DNA from: Thermoproteaceae archaeon
GTDB taxonomy: Archaea > Thermoproteota > Thermoprotei > Thermoproteales > Thermoproteaceae
Direction: 5' to 3'
Assembly (NCBI GenBank): GCA_020833025.1
Contig: JAJHRB010000011.1
Coordinates: 1-30,565 of the forward strand
DNA length: 30,565 nucleotides
Each line of letters opens with the position of its first letter. The first letter of the stretch is position 1. Shown here one piece after another: positions 1 to 8,923 of this stretch. The position numbers and the translations under genes were made by a program. The notes beneath the pieces are model-generated. The model was not told where the DNA came from. It saw nothing but the letters and a program-made list of their open reading frames with translations, and did not search any database.

Positions 1-131
1 ACACCTTCGACCACTGGGAGCTCAGGATATCCAAGCGGCTCATAGACATAGAGGCCTCCGAGAGAGTGCTCAGGCGCCTGATGACAATTCGCGTTCCCGA
101 CACTGTTAAGATAGAGCTGCAGCTGATTTAG
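1..131 (+). CDS. rps10: 30S ribosomal protein S10 (uS10), 3' end only
   Basis: Frame from nt 3 reads [42 protein letters not shown], matching the archaeal uS10 C-terminus; not in the ORF track because it is truncated by the window edge. Confidence 0.93.
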   Translation, partial: TFDHWELRISKRLIDIEASERVLRRLMTIRVPDTVKIELQLI

Positions 132-159
132 CGAGAGAGGCGCGCGCACGCCGCGGCTG

Positions 160-1029
160 ATGATTCCGTCAGTAGTGCTATACGCAATAGCAGTAGCACT
201 TGCAATCCTGCTGGCGGCTTGCGTCGTGCTGGCCTACATCCTGACGGCTCAGCCCGCCGCGCGGCCGGCAGCGCCGCCCCCCGCCGCGCCCCCGCCGCAG
301 AAGCAGCAAGCAGCAGGATCGGGGGAGACTGGCGGGAGCCAGAAGCCGCAGAGGGGCGCCGGCGCGGCGGCGCCCTCCGAGGCGCGCGAGCCGCAAATAA
401 CTGACGTCAAGGTCTATACTTTCACACCTGAGGTGCTCCGGAAGTGCGGCGTAGGCTCGGCGGCATGGTATTACTACTTTAATATAACAGTGGAGAGATT
501 TACGGCAGGTGATCCCGTGTACCCTACACACTTCAGAGCGCTCACGCCAGAGGGTCCAGGAGATTTGAATTATCCCTCCCATCCGGCAATCTTAGAGGAG
601 TATTACTTCCCCCGCTATAACGAGAGCAGCCTCAATCGTACGGGCGTGATTAATGTATACGCAGGGCTGCAAAGCAGCGTGCAGCTCGATATTACATATA
701 TTGAGTACCGGGGACGCCAGTACAGGATCAGTGACAGTAACAAATTTTTTGTTGTCTGCATTGGAAAAGGAATATTACTAAAGACCGACAACACAATACT
801 TAGACCTCTACACATGCCGCAATGGTCGCTCGGCCTGCTGCCAGCTGATAGGAGGTACACAATCGTCGTGTACCTGCCGCGAGGACGCTACGAGGTGAGG
901 GGCCCGAGCGGCGTTGCAGTCGAGCAGCAGGTGGTGGAGGGCGGGAGGAACGTGACCGTCGTCTTGCGCTTTGACAACAAGCCGCTGGCCTACGACGAGC
1001 TCGTCATTGAGTTCCGCAAAGCTGGCTGA
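160..1029 (+). CDS. Membrane-anchored, probably secreted glycoprotein of unknown function
   Basis: N-terminal hydrophobic helix, Pro/Ala/Gln-rich linker, beta-rich domain, four N-x-S/T sequons (NIT, NES, NRT, NVT). Confidence 0.7.
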   Translation: MIPSVVLYAIAVALAILLAACVVLAYILTAQPAARPAAPPPAAPPPQKQQAAGSGETGGSQKPQRGAGAAAPSEAREPQITDVKVYTFTPEVLRKCGVGSAAWYYYFNITVERFTAGDPVYPTHFRALTPEGPGDLNYPSHPAILEEYYFPRYNESSLNRTGVINVYAGLQSSVQLDITYIEYRGRQYRISDSNKFFVVCIGKGILLKTDNTILRPLHMPQWSLGLLPADRRYTIVVYLPRGRYEVRGPSGVAVEQQVVEGGRNVTVVLRFDNKPLAYDELVIEFRKAG

Positions 1030-1031
1030 GG

Positions 1032-1688
1032 CTAGGCGAGCTCGTCGAGGCAGGAGGCCGCGCGCCTCACCGCTGCCCGTATTTCCTCGCCTGGCGGCGC
1101 CCTCGCGCCGAACAGCTCTGCCTCGAGCATTGCGGCGAGCCAGTACAGGCGCAGCTTGGCGAGAGTGAGCGTCTTGTTCGCCATGGCTGCCGCGGCCTCA
1201 ATGTCTGCCACCACCCTCCCGCGCCGCTTCAGCGGGATGTCGAGGCGCTCCTCCCCGAGTATCTCGACAAATATGCCGGCCCTGTTCACCGCTATCACGC
1301 CAGAGTGCTTGTGCCCGGTCTCCCTGCCGATTTCCAGCAGCCTGCGCGCAAGCCTCGCGCTGGCCACCGCGACGTGGAGTATTGCCCCCCTCACCATGAG
1401 CCACGCGTCGTCGATGCCGGACGCCGCCGCCGCTATTTGGCCCGGCGCGACCGGGTGGTGCCACTTAGCCGCCGGCCTGAAGCCCCTCCCCTTGTTGAAG
1501 CTCGGCCTGGCGGTCTCGGCGACCATTATTCTGCCGCTGCAGCTCGACGTCGTGTAGATGTCGGGGTGCCTGTTCAGCAGCCGGAGCAGCGGCAGAATGT
1601 CGCCGTCAACGCGCCCCTGCGCTGCCTCCCTCTCCAGCCTCTCCACGAACGCCCTCTTCCTCGCCTCGAACGCCTCCCTGTCGACCAC
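1032..1688 (-). CDS. taw3: tRNA wybutosine-derivative methyltransferase Taw3/TYW3
   Basis: Motifs VDGDILPLL..LN, YTTSSCSGRI, KWH, ILHV. Confidence 0.92.
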   Translation of the reverse strand: MVDREAFEARKRAFVERLEREAAQGRVDGDILPLLRLLNRHPDIYTTSSCSGRIMVAETARPSFNKGRGFRPAAKWHHPVAPGQIAAAASGIDDAWLMVRGAILHVAVASARLARRLLEIGRETGHKHSGVIAVNRAGIFVEILGEERLDIPLKRRGRVVADIEAAAAMANKTLTLAKLRLYWLAAMLEAELFGARAPPGEEIRAAVRRAASCLDELA

Positions 1689-1790
1689 GCCCTTGCATGC
1701 CTGTCACTTTATAGCTTGCCGCGCCCCGCAGGGCCGAGTTAACATTGACAGGGTCTGCAATTATTATAAGCCCCGGCAGTGCGCTGCTGC

Positions 1791-2642
1791 ATGAATCCCT
1801 ACCCCTATCTCATTTTGCTGAAGCCGAGAGTCATCTGGCTGCTGATATTTTCCAGCACCGCAGGCTACATCTACGCCGCGCCGAGCGTTAACTGGCTAGA
1901 GCTCGCGTCGCTCTTGCTAGTTGCCACGCTTGCAATAGGCGGGTCGGCGGCATTCAATCACTACTGGGAGCGGGACATTGACGCCGTGATGACGAGGACT
2001 GCCAGGAGGCCGCTGCCGGCCGGCCTCGTGCCCCCGGCGGGGGCCCTCGCGCTCTCGCTGGCGCTGTCCGCCGCCGGCATCGCCCTCGCCTTCCTCCTCC
2101 TCGGCCACCTCCCGGCTATTTTCGTCCTCGCCGGCTGGCTCTTCTACGCCGTTGTCTACACAATCTGGCTCAAGAGGCGGAGCTGGCTCAACGTTCTCGT
2201 GGGGGGCTTCGCCGGGAACGCGACGTTTCTCGGCGGCTACGCGCTGGGCAGGGGCTCCGTTGACCTGGTCGCGGTGCTAGTCTCCTTTGCAATTTACCTG
2301 TGGATACCGTCCCACATATGGGCCCTCGCGTACAGGTACCGCCACGACTACATCAGGGCCGGAGTGCCTATGCTCCCGGTGCTGATTAGAGAGAGGAAGT
2401 CCGTCGCTCTGGTCTCAGCCATGAACATCGTAGCGGCGGCGTACGCTGTGCTGGTGTACTTAATGCTCGGCGCGGGGGCCGCCGGGCTGGCCCTAGTGCT
2501 CGGGGGGGCCGCGGCGAGCGTGGCTGCCAGCGCGCTGGCGCTCGCGAGAGGGGACGACGAGTCAATGTGGAGGATGTACAAGGCCTCGAGCCCCATCCTC
2601 ACGCTCTTCCTCTCTGCGCTGATAGTGGCAAGGCTCTTTTAA
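1791..2642 (+). CDS. ctaB: Protoheme IX farnesyltransferase (heme O synthase, UbiA family)
   Basis: [50 protein letters not shown]; multiple TM helices; ATG 1791 lies about 25 nt after TATA-like TTATAA (1764-1769). Confidence 0.93.
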   Translation: MNPYPYLILLKPRVIWLLIFSSTAGYIYAAPSVNWLELASLLLVATLAIGGSAAFNHYWERDIDAVMTRTARRPLPAGLVPPAGALALSLALSAAGIALAFLLLGHLPAIFVLAGWLFYAVVYTIWLKRRSWLNVLVGGFAGNATFLGGYALGRGSVDLVAVLVSFAIYLWIPSHIWALAYRYRHDYIRAGVPMLPVLIRERKSVALVSAMNIVAAAYAVLVYLMLGAGAAGLALVLGGAAASVAASALALARGDDESMWRMYKASSPILTLFLSALIVARLF

Positions 2643-2741
2643 CTCCCTGAAGCCGGCTCTCAATTCTGTCTGCTAGTTTGTCCAGCCTCCCGGGCGGGAG
2701 CCGGCCCGGCGCGCCGCCCTGTGAGTAGAGCTGAGCGCGGC

Positions 2742-4799
2742 TCAGCACGCCTCGACGCGCGCGCCGATTTTCACGCGCGCTGCCTTGCAGCGCCTCCCGC
2801 CCACGATCACCTCGCCCGGGAACTCGCCGAGGATGTAGACCGCTCGCCACGCGCCTCCCGGCTCCACCGCGAGGCCTGACCTCCTGACTCTCGCGCTGCC
2901 GCCGTCAGTGTAGACTGTCCACTCGCCCTCCCCGTAGATCAGGAGCCCGTCCTCGGCAGGCACGGCGGATTCCCTCCTGATGTAGAGCGGCATTTCGGAC
3001 TCTGACGCCACCCACGCCGGGCCCTCGTACGCCTCTCCCGTCTCTAAGTCGAGCCAGGAGCCCGCGGGCAGGTAGACATCCCTCTGCCTGGCCCCCCTGT
3101 CGAGTATTGGCGCGTAGAGCAGGTAGGGCCCCACCATGTACTCGTCGTGCACCTTGAGCGCGTCCTCGTCGTCGGGGAACTCTATGCCGAGAGGCCTCAC
3201 TATGAGGTGGCCGTGGAGGTGCGCCTCCCACGCGAGATGCCTTAAGTACGGCAGGAACCTCCTCCTGAGCGTCACGGCCCTGAGGGCCATCTCGCGGTAC
3301 TTCGACGGCATGCGCGTTATCTCTGCGTCGGGAGTTCCCTTGTCCCTGTGCACTCTGAAGAGCGGCAGGAGCGCCGCGGCCTGGTACCACCTCGCGACCA
3401 GCTCGTAGTCGCCGATGCCCGCGAACCCGCCCACGTCGCAGCCTACGTGATGAACGCCGGATGCCGATAGGCCGAGCACCGCCATGATCGAGAGCCTGAG
3501 CCCCTCCCACGTGCTCGGCACGTCGCCTGTCCAGAGCGCTGCGTACTTCTGGATTCCCAGGTAGCCCGACCTGGAGAGCACGAACGGCGCCTTGCCGGCG
3601 GCCTGGAGCCCGCGGTATGTCGCCTCGGCCTCGAAGTAGGGGTAGAGGCCGCGCACTCTCTCGTGGGGAACCCTCATCCCGCCGACGATGTGGTAGGCGC
3701 CGCGGGGGGCCCTGCAGTAGAGCTCGTCCCTGGTGAGGGGCATTGGCGTGGCGCCCGCGAGCGCGCTAAGTCTAGACGCGGAGACCAGAACGTCGCAGTT
3801 GAATACAGTCGGCTCGTTCATGTCAAGCCAGATGCCGTCCAGGCCGTGCGCGGACGCGAACTCCTGCACGGCCCTGGCCCAGAGCTCTCTGCACTCCTCC
3901 CTCAGGAAGTCCGGTAGTATTGAGAGTCCCGGCCACCCGCGCGCCAGGTATATCTCGTCGTTCTCGGTGACGAGCGAACACCTCAAGAACCTCTCGAAAG
4001 CCTCGTAGCCGGGCTCGGCCTTTATGTACGGGTCGACTATTGCCACGACCCTGGCGCCGAGCTTGTGCGCCTCCTCGACGAAGCGGCGCGGGTCGGGGAA
4101 CTTCCTGCGGTCCCACGTGAACTGCCTGTACCCGTCCATGTAGTCTATGTCGAGGTACACCGCGTCGACGGGCGCGAGCCGCGAGACCTCGCGGAGCGTC
4201 TCCAGCGCCGCGTCTGCCGGCTCGTAGCTGTAGCGGGACAGATGAAACCCGAGGGCCCACTGCGGCGGCAGAAAGGGCATCCCGGTTATCTCGCAGTACG
4301 TGCTGTAAACGTCGAGGGGGCGCGGCCCGAAAATGACGTAGATCTCCGGCCTGTCCTCGACCTCCACCACCGCCTCGTCGTACTTCGTCGCGCCGAGATC
4401 GGCCGTGCCGTACGCCGGCGAGTTCACGACGAGGCCGAACGCCCTGCCCCTCTCGACGAACACCATGAACGGTATTGACGCGTACAGCGGGTCCATTCCC
4501 AGCTGGTAGCCGTAGAGGTCGTTGTTGAACAAGACGAAGCGACCGCGCCTCCTGTCGGGCGGGTAGGCCCGGGTGCCGAGGCCGAACACGTGCTCGCGGG
4601 GGCCCAGCCTCTTCCTTATGACCGTCCTGTCCGCGTCAAGCTCCACCCTGAGCTCGACCCTCACGCCGCAGCACGATGCCGAGAGCACCCTGCCGTCAAA
4701 TGAGGCCTCAGGCCTTGGCTCGCCCGCGGGGAGGCTGAAGGAGAGTATCTGCCTGCCGAGCGTGAGCTTGATGCTCTTCCTGCCCACCTCCAGGGACAT
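2742..4799 (-). CDS. Alpha-glucosidase, glycoside hydrolase family 31
   Basis: GIWLDMNEP nucleophile motif, WTGD acid/base motif, DIDYMDGY, PLFRVH; start moved to ATG 4799 (the track's extension crosses the promoter region). Confidence 0.92.
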   Translation of the reverse strand: MSLEVGRKSIKLTLGRQILSFSLPAGEPRPEASFDGRVLSASCCGVRVELRVELDADRTVIRKRLGPREHVFGLGTRAYPPDRRRGRFVLFNNDLYGYQLGMDPLYASIPFMVFVERGRAFGLVVNSPAYGTADLGATKYDEAVVEVEDRPEIYVIFGPRPLDVYSTYCEITGMPFLPPQWALGFHLSRYSYEPADAALETLREVSRLAPVDAVYLDIDYMDGYRQFTWDRRKFPDPRRFVEEAHKLGARVVAIVDPYIKAEPGYEAFERFLRCSLVTENDEIYLARGWPGLSILPDFLREECRELWARAVQEFASAHGLDGIWLDMNEPTVFNCDVLVSASRLSALAGATPMPLTRDELYCRAPRGAYHIVGGMRVPHERVRGLYPYFEAEATYRGLQAAGKAPFVLSRSGYLGIQKYAALWTGDVPSTWEGLRLSIMAVLGLSASGVHHVGCDVGGFAGIGDYELVARWYQAAALLPLFRVHRDKGTPDAEITRMPSKYREMALRAVTLRRRFLPYLRHLAWEAHLHGHLIVRPLGIEFPDDEDALKVHDEYMVGPYLLYAPILDRGARQRDVYLPAGSWLDLETGEAYEGPAWVASESEMPLYIRRESAVPAEDGLLIYGEGEWTVYTDGGSARVRRSGLAVEPGGAWRAVYILGEFPGEVIVGGRRCKAARVKIGARVEAC

Positions 4800-4864
4800 C
4801 CCGGCATTGCGGTCGTCGCGGCTCTTAAAAAGGCGCAAAGTCTATATGCGGCGGCAACGAGCAC

Positions 4865-5110
4865 ATGCAGCTGAAAGTGAGCGCAAACGTGGTACGCGAC
4901 TTCTGGGAAGCTTTTGAGGCTGCGCACGTCGCTCATAGTCTCTCTAGTGCCGTCGCTCCTCCTCATCTCGGGGAGGCCGGCTACGTCTCTGCCACCGGGG
5001 GCCCGACGTGGCTTGCGCTGCTGGTGACCGCCTCCGCGCTGGCCCCGCCGGCCTTCCTGCTCTTGGGCGCGGCCCTCGCCAGGGCAGGAGAGCGGCGCCG
5101 GCCCCGCTAG
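4865..5110 (+). CDS. Small hypothetical protein with C-terminal hydrophobic segment
   Basis: ATG about 20-35 nt after AT-rich promoter-like motifs; fills the gap between GH31 and rpl3. Confidence 0.55.
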   Translation: MQLKVSANVVRDFWEAFEAAHVAHSLSSAVAPPHLGEAGYVSATGGPTWLALLVTASALAPPAFLLLGAALARAGERRRPR

Positions 5111-5147
5111 CCGGAGAAGCCTTTAAAGACGGCCCCCGGCGCGCTTC

Positions 5148-6173
5148 GTGGGCCTGAAGATACACAGGCCGCGCCGCGGCTCGATGGGAGTGTACCCGCG
5201 CAAGCGCGCGGCAGACATAGTGCCCAGAGTGCGCAGCTGGCCCGGCGTTAACGTGGGGAGGCCCGTGCTGCTCGGCTTTGCCGCGTACAAGGCCGGAATG
5301 CTCCACGCCGTGGTCATCGAGGACAGGCCCACGAGCCCGCTCTACGGCAAGGAGGCGGTCAGGGCCGTCACGGTCCTCGACGCCCCGCCGCTCTACGTGT
5401 GGGGCGTCAGGCTCTACACCCTCGACCCCGACACCGGGTACAGGCTCTCGGTGGCCGAGGCGTGGGCGTCTGAGCTGCCAAAGCACCTCGGCAGGGTGCT
5501 GACGCTGCCTAAGGAGGTCCCGACAGAGAGACAGCTGAAGAAGCTCGAGGAGCACAAGGACGTTGCTGACGAGGTCAGGATCCTCGTGGCGACTCAGCCA
5601 CACCTATCCGGCATAGGCAAGAAGACTCCAGAGATACTCGAAATACCGGTCGGCGGCGTGCCGAGCATTGAGGACAGGTTAAAGTACGCGCTCTCGCTTC
5701 TCGGCAAGACCGTGAGCGCCAGGGACGTGTTCACGCCGGGCCAGCTAGTCGACGTCATTGCGGTGACCAAGGGCAGGGGATTCCAGGGCGTTGTCAAGAG
5801 GTTCGGCGTTGCAATACTGCCGCGCTGGCACAAGCACAGAAAGGGTCACAGGAGGGTCGGAAGCATAGGCCCGCAGAAGCCCGCCGTCATGTTCACTACG
5901 CCCAGAGCGGGGCAGATGGGCTTTCACCAGCGCACCGAGTACAACAAGAGGATCCTGAAGATCGGGGACAGCGGGCTCGAGATAACGCCGAAGTCCGGCT
6001 TCCCGCACTACGGCGTCATAAGAGGCCCCTATATATTGCTGCAGGGCAGCGTCCCGGGGGCGCGCAAGAGGCTGGTGGTGCTGAGATATCCGGTAAGGCC
6101 GCCGGCAAAGGCCCCGCCGCTCGCCGAGCCGCAGGTCGTCTGGGTGAGCTCGCAGCCGCCGCCCGCGACCTAG
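5148..6173 (+). CDS. rpl3: 50S ribosomal protein L3 (uL3)
   Basis: RPRRGSMGVYPRKRA, FAAYKAGM, VDVIAVTKGRGFQGVVKRFG, PRAGQMGFHQRTEYNKRI; TTTAAA about 25 nt upstream. Confidence 0.97.
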   Translation: MGLKIHRPRRGSMGVYPRKRAADIVPRVRSWPGVNVGRPVLLGFAAYKAGMLHAVVIEDRPTSPLYGKEAVRAVTVLDAPPLYVWGVRLYTLDPDTGYRLSVAEAWASELPKHLGRVLTLPKEVPTERQLKKLEEHKDVADEVRILVATQPHLSGIGKKTPEILEIPVGGVPSIEDRLKYALSLLGKTVSARDVFTPGQLVDVIAVTKGRGFQGVVKRFGVAILPRWHKHRKGHRRVGSIGPQKPAVMFTTPRAGQMGFHQRTEYNKRILKIGDSGLEITPKSGFPHYGVIRGPYILLQGSVPGARKRLVVLRYPVRPPAKAPPLAEPQVVWVSSQPPPAT

Positions 6174-6215
6174 CCGGCGCTAAAGCCTTATAAACGCCGC
6201 GAGAGCCACGGGCGC

Positions 6216-7091
6216 GTGCTCGGCCAGGCCGCAGATCCCGTCGAGCAGGTGCTGCTGAAGTTCAAGCAGCTCGACCTGAGCCCCTACATCAGCCCGCCCG
6301 CCGAGAGGCCGCCGGAGAGGATCAAGGTCTACGCGCCTGACGGGACCCTGGCAGCAGAGACAATCGCGCCGCCCCACTTCTTTGAGTACGTGAGGCCAGA
6401 CCTGATAAGGAGGGCCTACCTGAGCGCGCTCTCGGCTAGGTTCCAGCCCAAGGGCACTTACGAGGGGGCAGGCAAGGAGCACAGCTGCGAGTCGTTCGGC
6501 GTGGGCCTCGGCATTGCCAGAATCCCGAGATACAAGGGCCACTTGTGGCCGCGCGGCTGCATGGCGCCCAACACTGTCGGCGGCAGGAGGGCCCACCCGC
6601 CCAGGCCCGAGAAGAAGCTCCACGAGGAGATAAACTGGAGGGAGAAGAACCTCGCGATAAGGTCCGCCATTGCCGCAACGGCGTACAAGTCGTGGGTCTC
6701 CGCGAGGGGCCACGTGATAGACAGAGTGCCCTCGCTACCCCTCGCCGTCACGGAGGGCGCAGAGAAAATAGAGAGGGCGGGGGGCGCGAGAGGGCTCTTC
6801 ATGGCGCTGGGGCTTTGGGACGACGTAGAGAGGGCAGCGCGGCGCACGAGAATACGGGCCGGCAAGGGCAAGAGACGCGGCAGGCGCTACAAGGAGCCCA
6901 GGAGCGTTCTGGTCGTGGTCTCGCGGCTCGGCGCGCCGCTCGCTAGGGCAGTCAAGAACTTCCCCGGCGTTGACGTGGTCCCCGTCGATCAGCTGAACAT
7001 GCTGGCGCTGGCGCCGGGAGGCGTGCCCGGCAGGCTGACACTGTGGACCCTCCCGGCAATAGAGAGACTGAGGCAGGGGCTGTTCCTGTGA
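6216..7091 (+). CDS. rpl4: 50S ribosomal protein L4 (uL4)
   Basis: VRPDLIRRA, ESFGVGLGIARIPR, VGGRRAHPP, RAGKGKRRGRRYK, LAPGGVPGRLTLWT; own TATA TTATAAA upstream. Confidence 0.96.
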   Translation: MLGQAADPVEQVLLKFKQLDLSPYISPPAERPPERIKVYAPDGTLAAETIAPPHFFEYVRPDLIRRAYLSALSARFQPKGTYEGAGKEHSCESFGVGLGIARIPRYKGHLWPRGCMAPNTVGGRRAHPPRPEKKLHEEINWREKNLAIRSAIAATAYKSWVSARGHVIDRVPSLPLAVTEGAEKIERAGGARGLFMALGLWDDVERAARRTRIRAGKGKRRGRRYKEPRSVLVVVSRLGAPLARAVKNFPGVDVVPVDQLNMLALAPGGVPGRLTLWTLPAIERLRQGLFL

Positions 7092-7336
7092 TCATTAAGA
7101 GATTCGTCATAACGGAGAAGGCAATAAGGCTCGCGGAGAGGGAGAACAAGATAACAATAATCGTTGACAGGCACGCCACTAAGAAGCAGATAGCTGAGGA
7201 GGTAGAGAGGCTCTACGGCGTGAGGGTCGAGAGGGTAAACGCGCTCATAACGCCGCAGGGGGAGAAGAAGGCGTACGTGAAGCTGGCAAGAGAGCACAGC
7301 GCGATGGACCTGCTCAGCAAGATAGGAGTGCTGTAG
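7088..7336 (+). CDS. rpl23: 50S ribosomal protein L23 (uL23)
   Basis: IIKRFVITEKA..ENKITIIVD..ATKKQI..GEKKAYVKL; GTGA overlap with the rpl4 stop. Confidence 0.95.
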   Translation: MIIKRFVITEKAIRLAERENKITIIVDRHATKKQIAEEVERLYGVRVERVNALITPQGEKKAYVKLAREHSAMDLLSKIGVL

Positions 7337-7337
7337 G

Positions 7338-7391
7338 GCAGCGGCGCCTGCCGCGGGGCTCCGCCGCTCTGCCTGGCTGAGCTACGGGCCC
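7338..7391 (-). tRNA. Orphan 5' half of a tRNA gene (positions 1-30, tRNA-Lys-like) plus 21-nt BHB intron-like segment; no 3' half in cis
   Basis: Minus strand reads GGGCCCG-TA-GCTC-AGCCAGGCA-GAGC-G-GCGG, then AGCCCCGCGGCAGGCGCCGCT-GC, then the rpl23 stop antisense; TTTTATT box about 25 nt upstream; no T-arm or acceptor 3' strand follows. Confidence 0.75.
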
Positions 7392-7440
7392 TCGCGCACT
7401 CGCGCCACCCGGGAATAAAAGCTTTTCCTAACGGTCACGC

Positions 7441-7818
7441 GTGGAGCTGCTGGAGCGCGTCCTGGAGAGGCTCAACTTGCGCGCGCTGAGGGGCTGCGCG
7501 GAGCTGAGCGAGCGGTGCGTGAAGGGCATTGCGCGCTGCGAGCGCGAGGTAAGGCTGTGCGACTGGAGGGCGGACTTGAGGTGCGGCGGAATTTACGTCG
7601 AGATAGAGCCTGCAGAGAGGCTAGCGTGTGGGCTCGGCCAAGCTGCGCTGTGGCGCGCGGCGTGCGGCGTGGACGCCGTGCTGCTCGTGTACGGCAGCGG
7701 CGAGTCTGAAAGGGCAAGGCTTGCATCACTAATTGTGCCAACGGTATACATTGACGTAAAGCTCAAAATAGCGTGCAAGTACGCAGGCGGTGCAGGTAAT
7801 TGCATTCCTGTCAGCTAG
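7441..7818 (+). CDS. Small Cys-rich PD-(D/E)XK-like nuclease-fold protein
   Basis: RADL..GIYVEIE..GLGQA resembles the R-x-D ... E-x-K ... GQ pattern (Lys replaced by Glu); 9 Cys; TATA-like AATAAAA at 7414-7420. Confidence 0.5.
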   Translation: MELLERVLERLNLRALRGCAELSERCVKGIARCEREVRLCDWRADLRCGGIYVEIEPAERLACGLGQAALWRAACGVDAVLLVYGSGESERARLASLIVPTVYIDVKLKIACKYAGGAGNCIPVS

Positions 7819-8620
7819 CGGCGGCGTCGGCAAGACCACGATAGCGGCTCACTTAGCCTACATGTTCCGGCGGGAGGGAAACAACGTGCTGCTCGCGGAC
7901 ATGGACCCGAGCGCCGGCCTCAGCGTCACGCTGCTCGGCGAGCACAGAGTCCTCGAGCTCGAGGGAAGGGGGAGGACGGTCGGCGACGCGCTCCTTAGGT
8001 TCCTGAGGGGCAACAGCGTCGAGGTTTCTGATTATGTCGTGCAGGCAAAGCTCGGCGAGTTCGCCGTAGACATTATGCCGAGCGGGGACTTGCTCAGCGA
8101 TGCAATGGGCTCGCTGTGGTACTCGGGGAACTACCCCAGCCCGGAGTTGAGGGTCAGGGAGTTCCTCGAGAGGTCAGGCGCGCATAGGTGGGACGTGATA
8201 CTGCTGGATACGATACCGTTCTACGAGAGGAGATACACGCTAACGGCACTTTACACCGCAGACAAGGTGATAATAGTCACTCACCCCTACGGCTCGGAGC
8301 CCCAGCGCGTGAAGAGGATGTACTCTAAGCTCGCGCAGGCTGTAAGGTCGGGCATCGACATAAAGGCAAGGGTGCTTGTGAATAGGGCGCGCGTGGGGAC
8401 CGCGGAGGCTGAGCACGCTATGGAGAGAGTTGCGGCGCTCGACGTGCCTAAATTCAGCACTGTAATTCATGAGCGGGTGTGCTACAGCGGAATTCCGCAG
8501 ATGGAGTGCTTCACGGGCAGGGGAAAAAACAAGGTAAAAGACAAAAATGCGATAGGCGAAGTTGAGAAGCTGTTTGCCGAGCTCAAGGACTGGCTCTCAG
8601 TCCAGCTCACTCTCGGCTAG
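7790..8620 (+). CDS. ParA/Soj-family ATPase with variant Walker A
   Basis: SASGGVGKTT, VLLADMDPSA, WDVILLDT, RVLVNR; overlaps the upstream ORF by 29 nt. Confidence 0.88.
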   Translation: MQVIAFLSASGGVGKTTIAAHLAYMFRREGNNVLLADMDPSAGLSVTLLGEHRVLELEGRGRTVGDALLRFLRGNSVEVSDYVVQAKLGEFAVDIMPSGDLLSDAMGSLWYSGNYPSPELRVREFLERSGAHRWDVILLDTIPFYERRYTLTALYTADKVIIVTHPYGSEPQRVKRMYSKLAQAVRSGIDIKARVLVNRARVGTAEAEHAMERVAALDVPKFSTVIHERVCYSGIPQMECFTGRGKNKVKDKNAIGEVEKLFAELKDWLSVQLTLG

Positions 8621-8621
8621 C

Positions 8622-8673
8622 TCAGCGGGATAACCGCCTCCTCACCCCTTCAGGCTCCCCAAGACTTCATCAC
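8622..8673 (-). ncRNA. C/D-box sRNA
   Basis: C GTGATGA - 13 nt - D' CTGA - C' GTGAGGA - 13 nt - D CTGA. Confidence 0.85.
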
Positions 8674-8715
8674 AGCACGCGACAAGGATTTAGCCCGGAA
8701 ATTAGCTCTCCCGGC

Positions 8716-8764
8716 GTGATGAGCCTCACGGTAGGCGAGGGGTGAACGGAGCGCCCTTCTCTGA
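8716..8764 (+). ncRNA. C/D-box sRNA
   Basis: C GTGATGA - 12 nt (GCCTCACGGTAG) - D' GCGA - C' GTGAACG - 12 nt - D CTGA; TTTA box about 25 nt upstream. Confidence 0.8.
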
Positions 8765-8767
8765 CGG

Positions 8768-8923
8768 CTACCTGAGCGCATACTGTCTGCACCACTCTGC
8801 CCTTCTCCTGAGGGCCTCCGCGGTCCGGGGGTCCGCGTCAGGCCTCCTGGAGTACTCTTCGAACTGCCTGACAGCCCTCCTGCAGCCCTCGACGACCAGC
8901 GCGTGCCAGCCCTCTGCAGACAT
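8768..8923 (-). CDS. Small hypothetical protein (51 aa)
   Basis: ATG overlaps the GNAT stop (TGATG); helical charged sequence MSAEGWHALVVEGCRRAVRQFEEY. Confidence 0.55.
   Translation of the reverse strand: MSAEGWHALVVEGCRRAVRQFEEYSRRPDADPRTAEALRRRAEWCRQYALR

Noticed and set aside
2652-2708. GCCGGCTC/GAGCCGGC stem between ctaB and the GH31 gene as an H/ACA-like RNA
   Set aside because: No clear promoter, K-turn or ACA motif; more likely a terminator-region structure
5148-7336. rpl3-rpl4-rpl23 separated from rps10 and not followed by rpl2
   Set aside because: Fragmented ribosomal operons are ordinary in this lineage
7569-7579. 11-nt match (GGCGGACTTGA) to the sequence right after repeat copy 1 (16572-16582), suggesting a self-targeting or regulatory spacer
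   Set aside because: Too short, first base mismatched, no CCN/TCN-type PAM, and plausible by chance in GC-rich DNA
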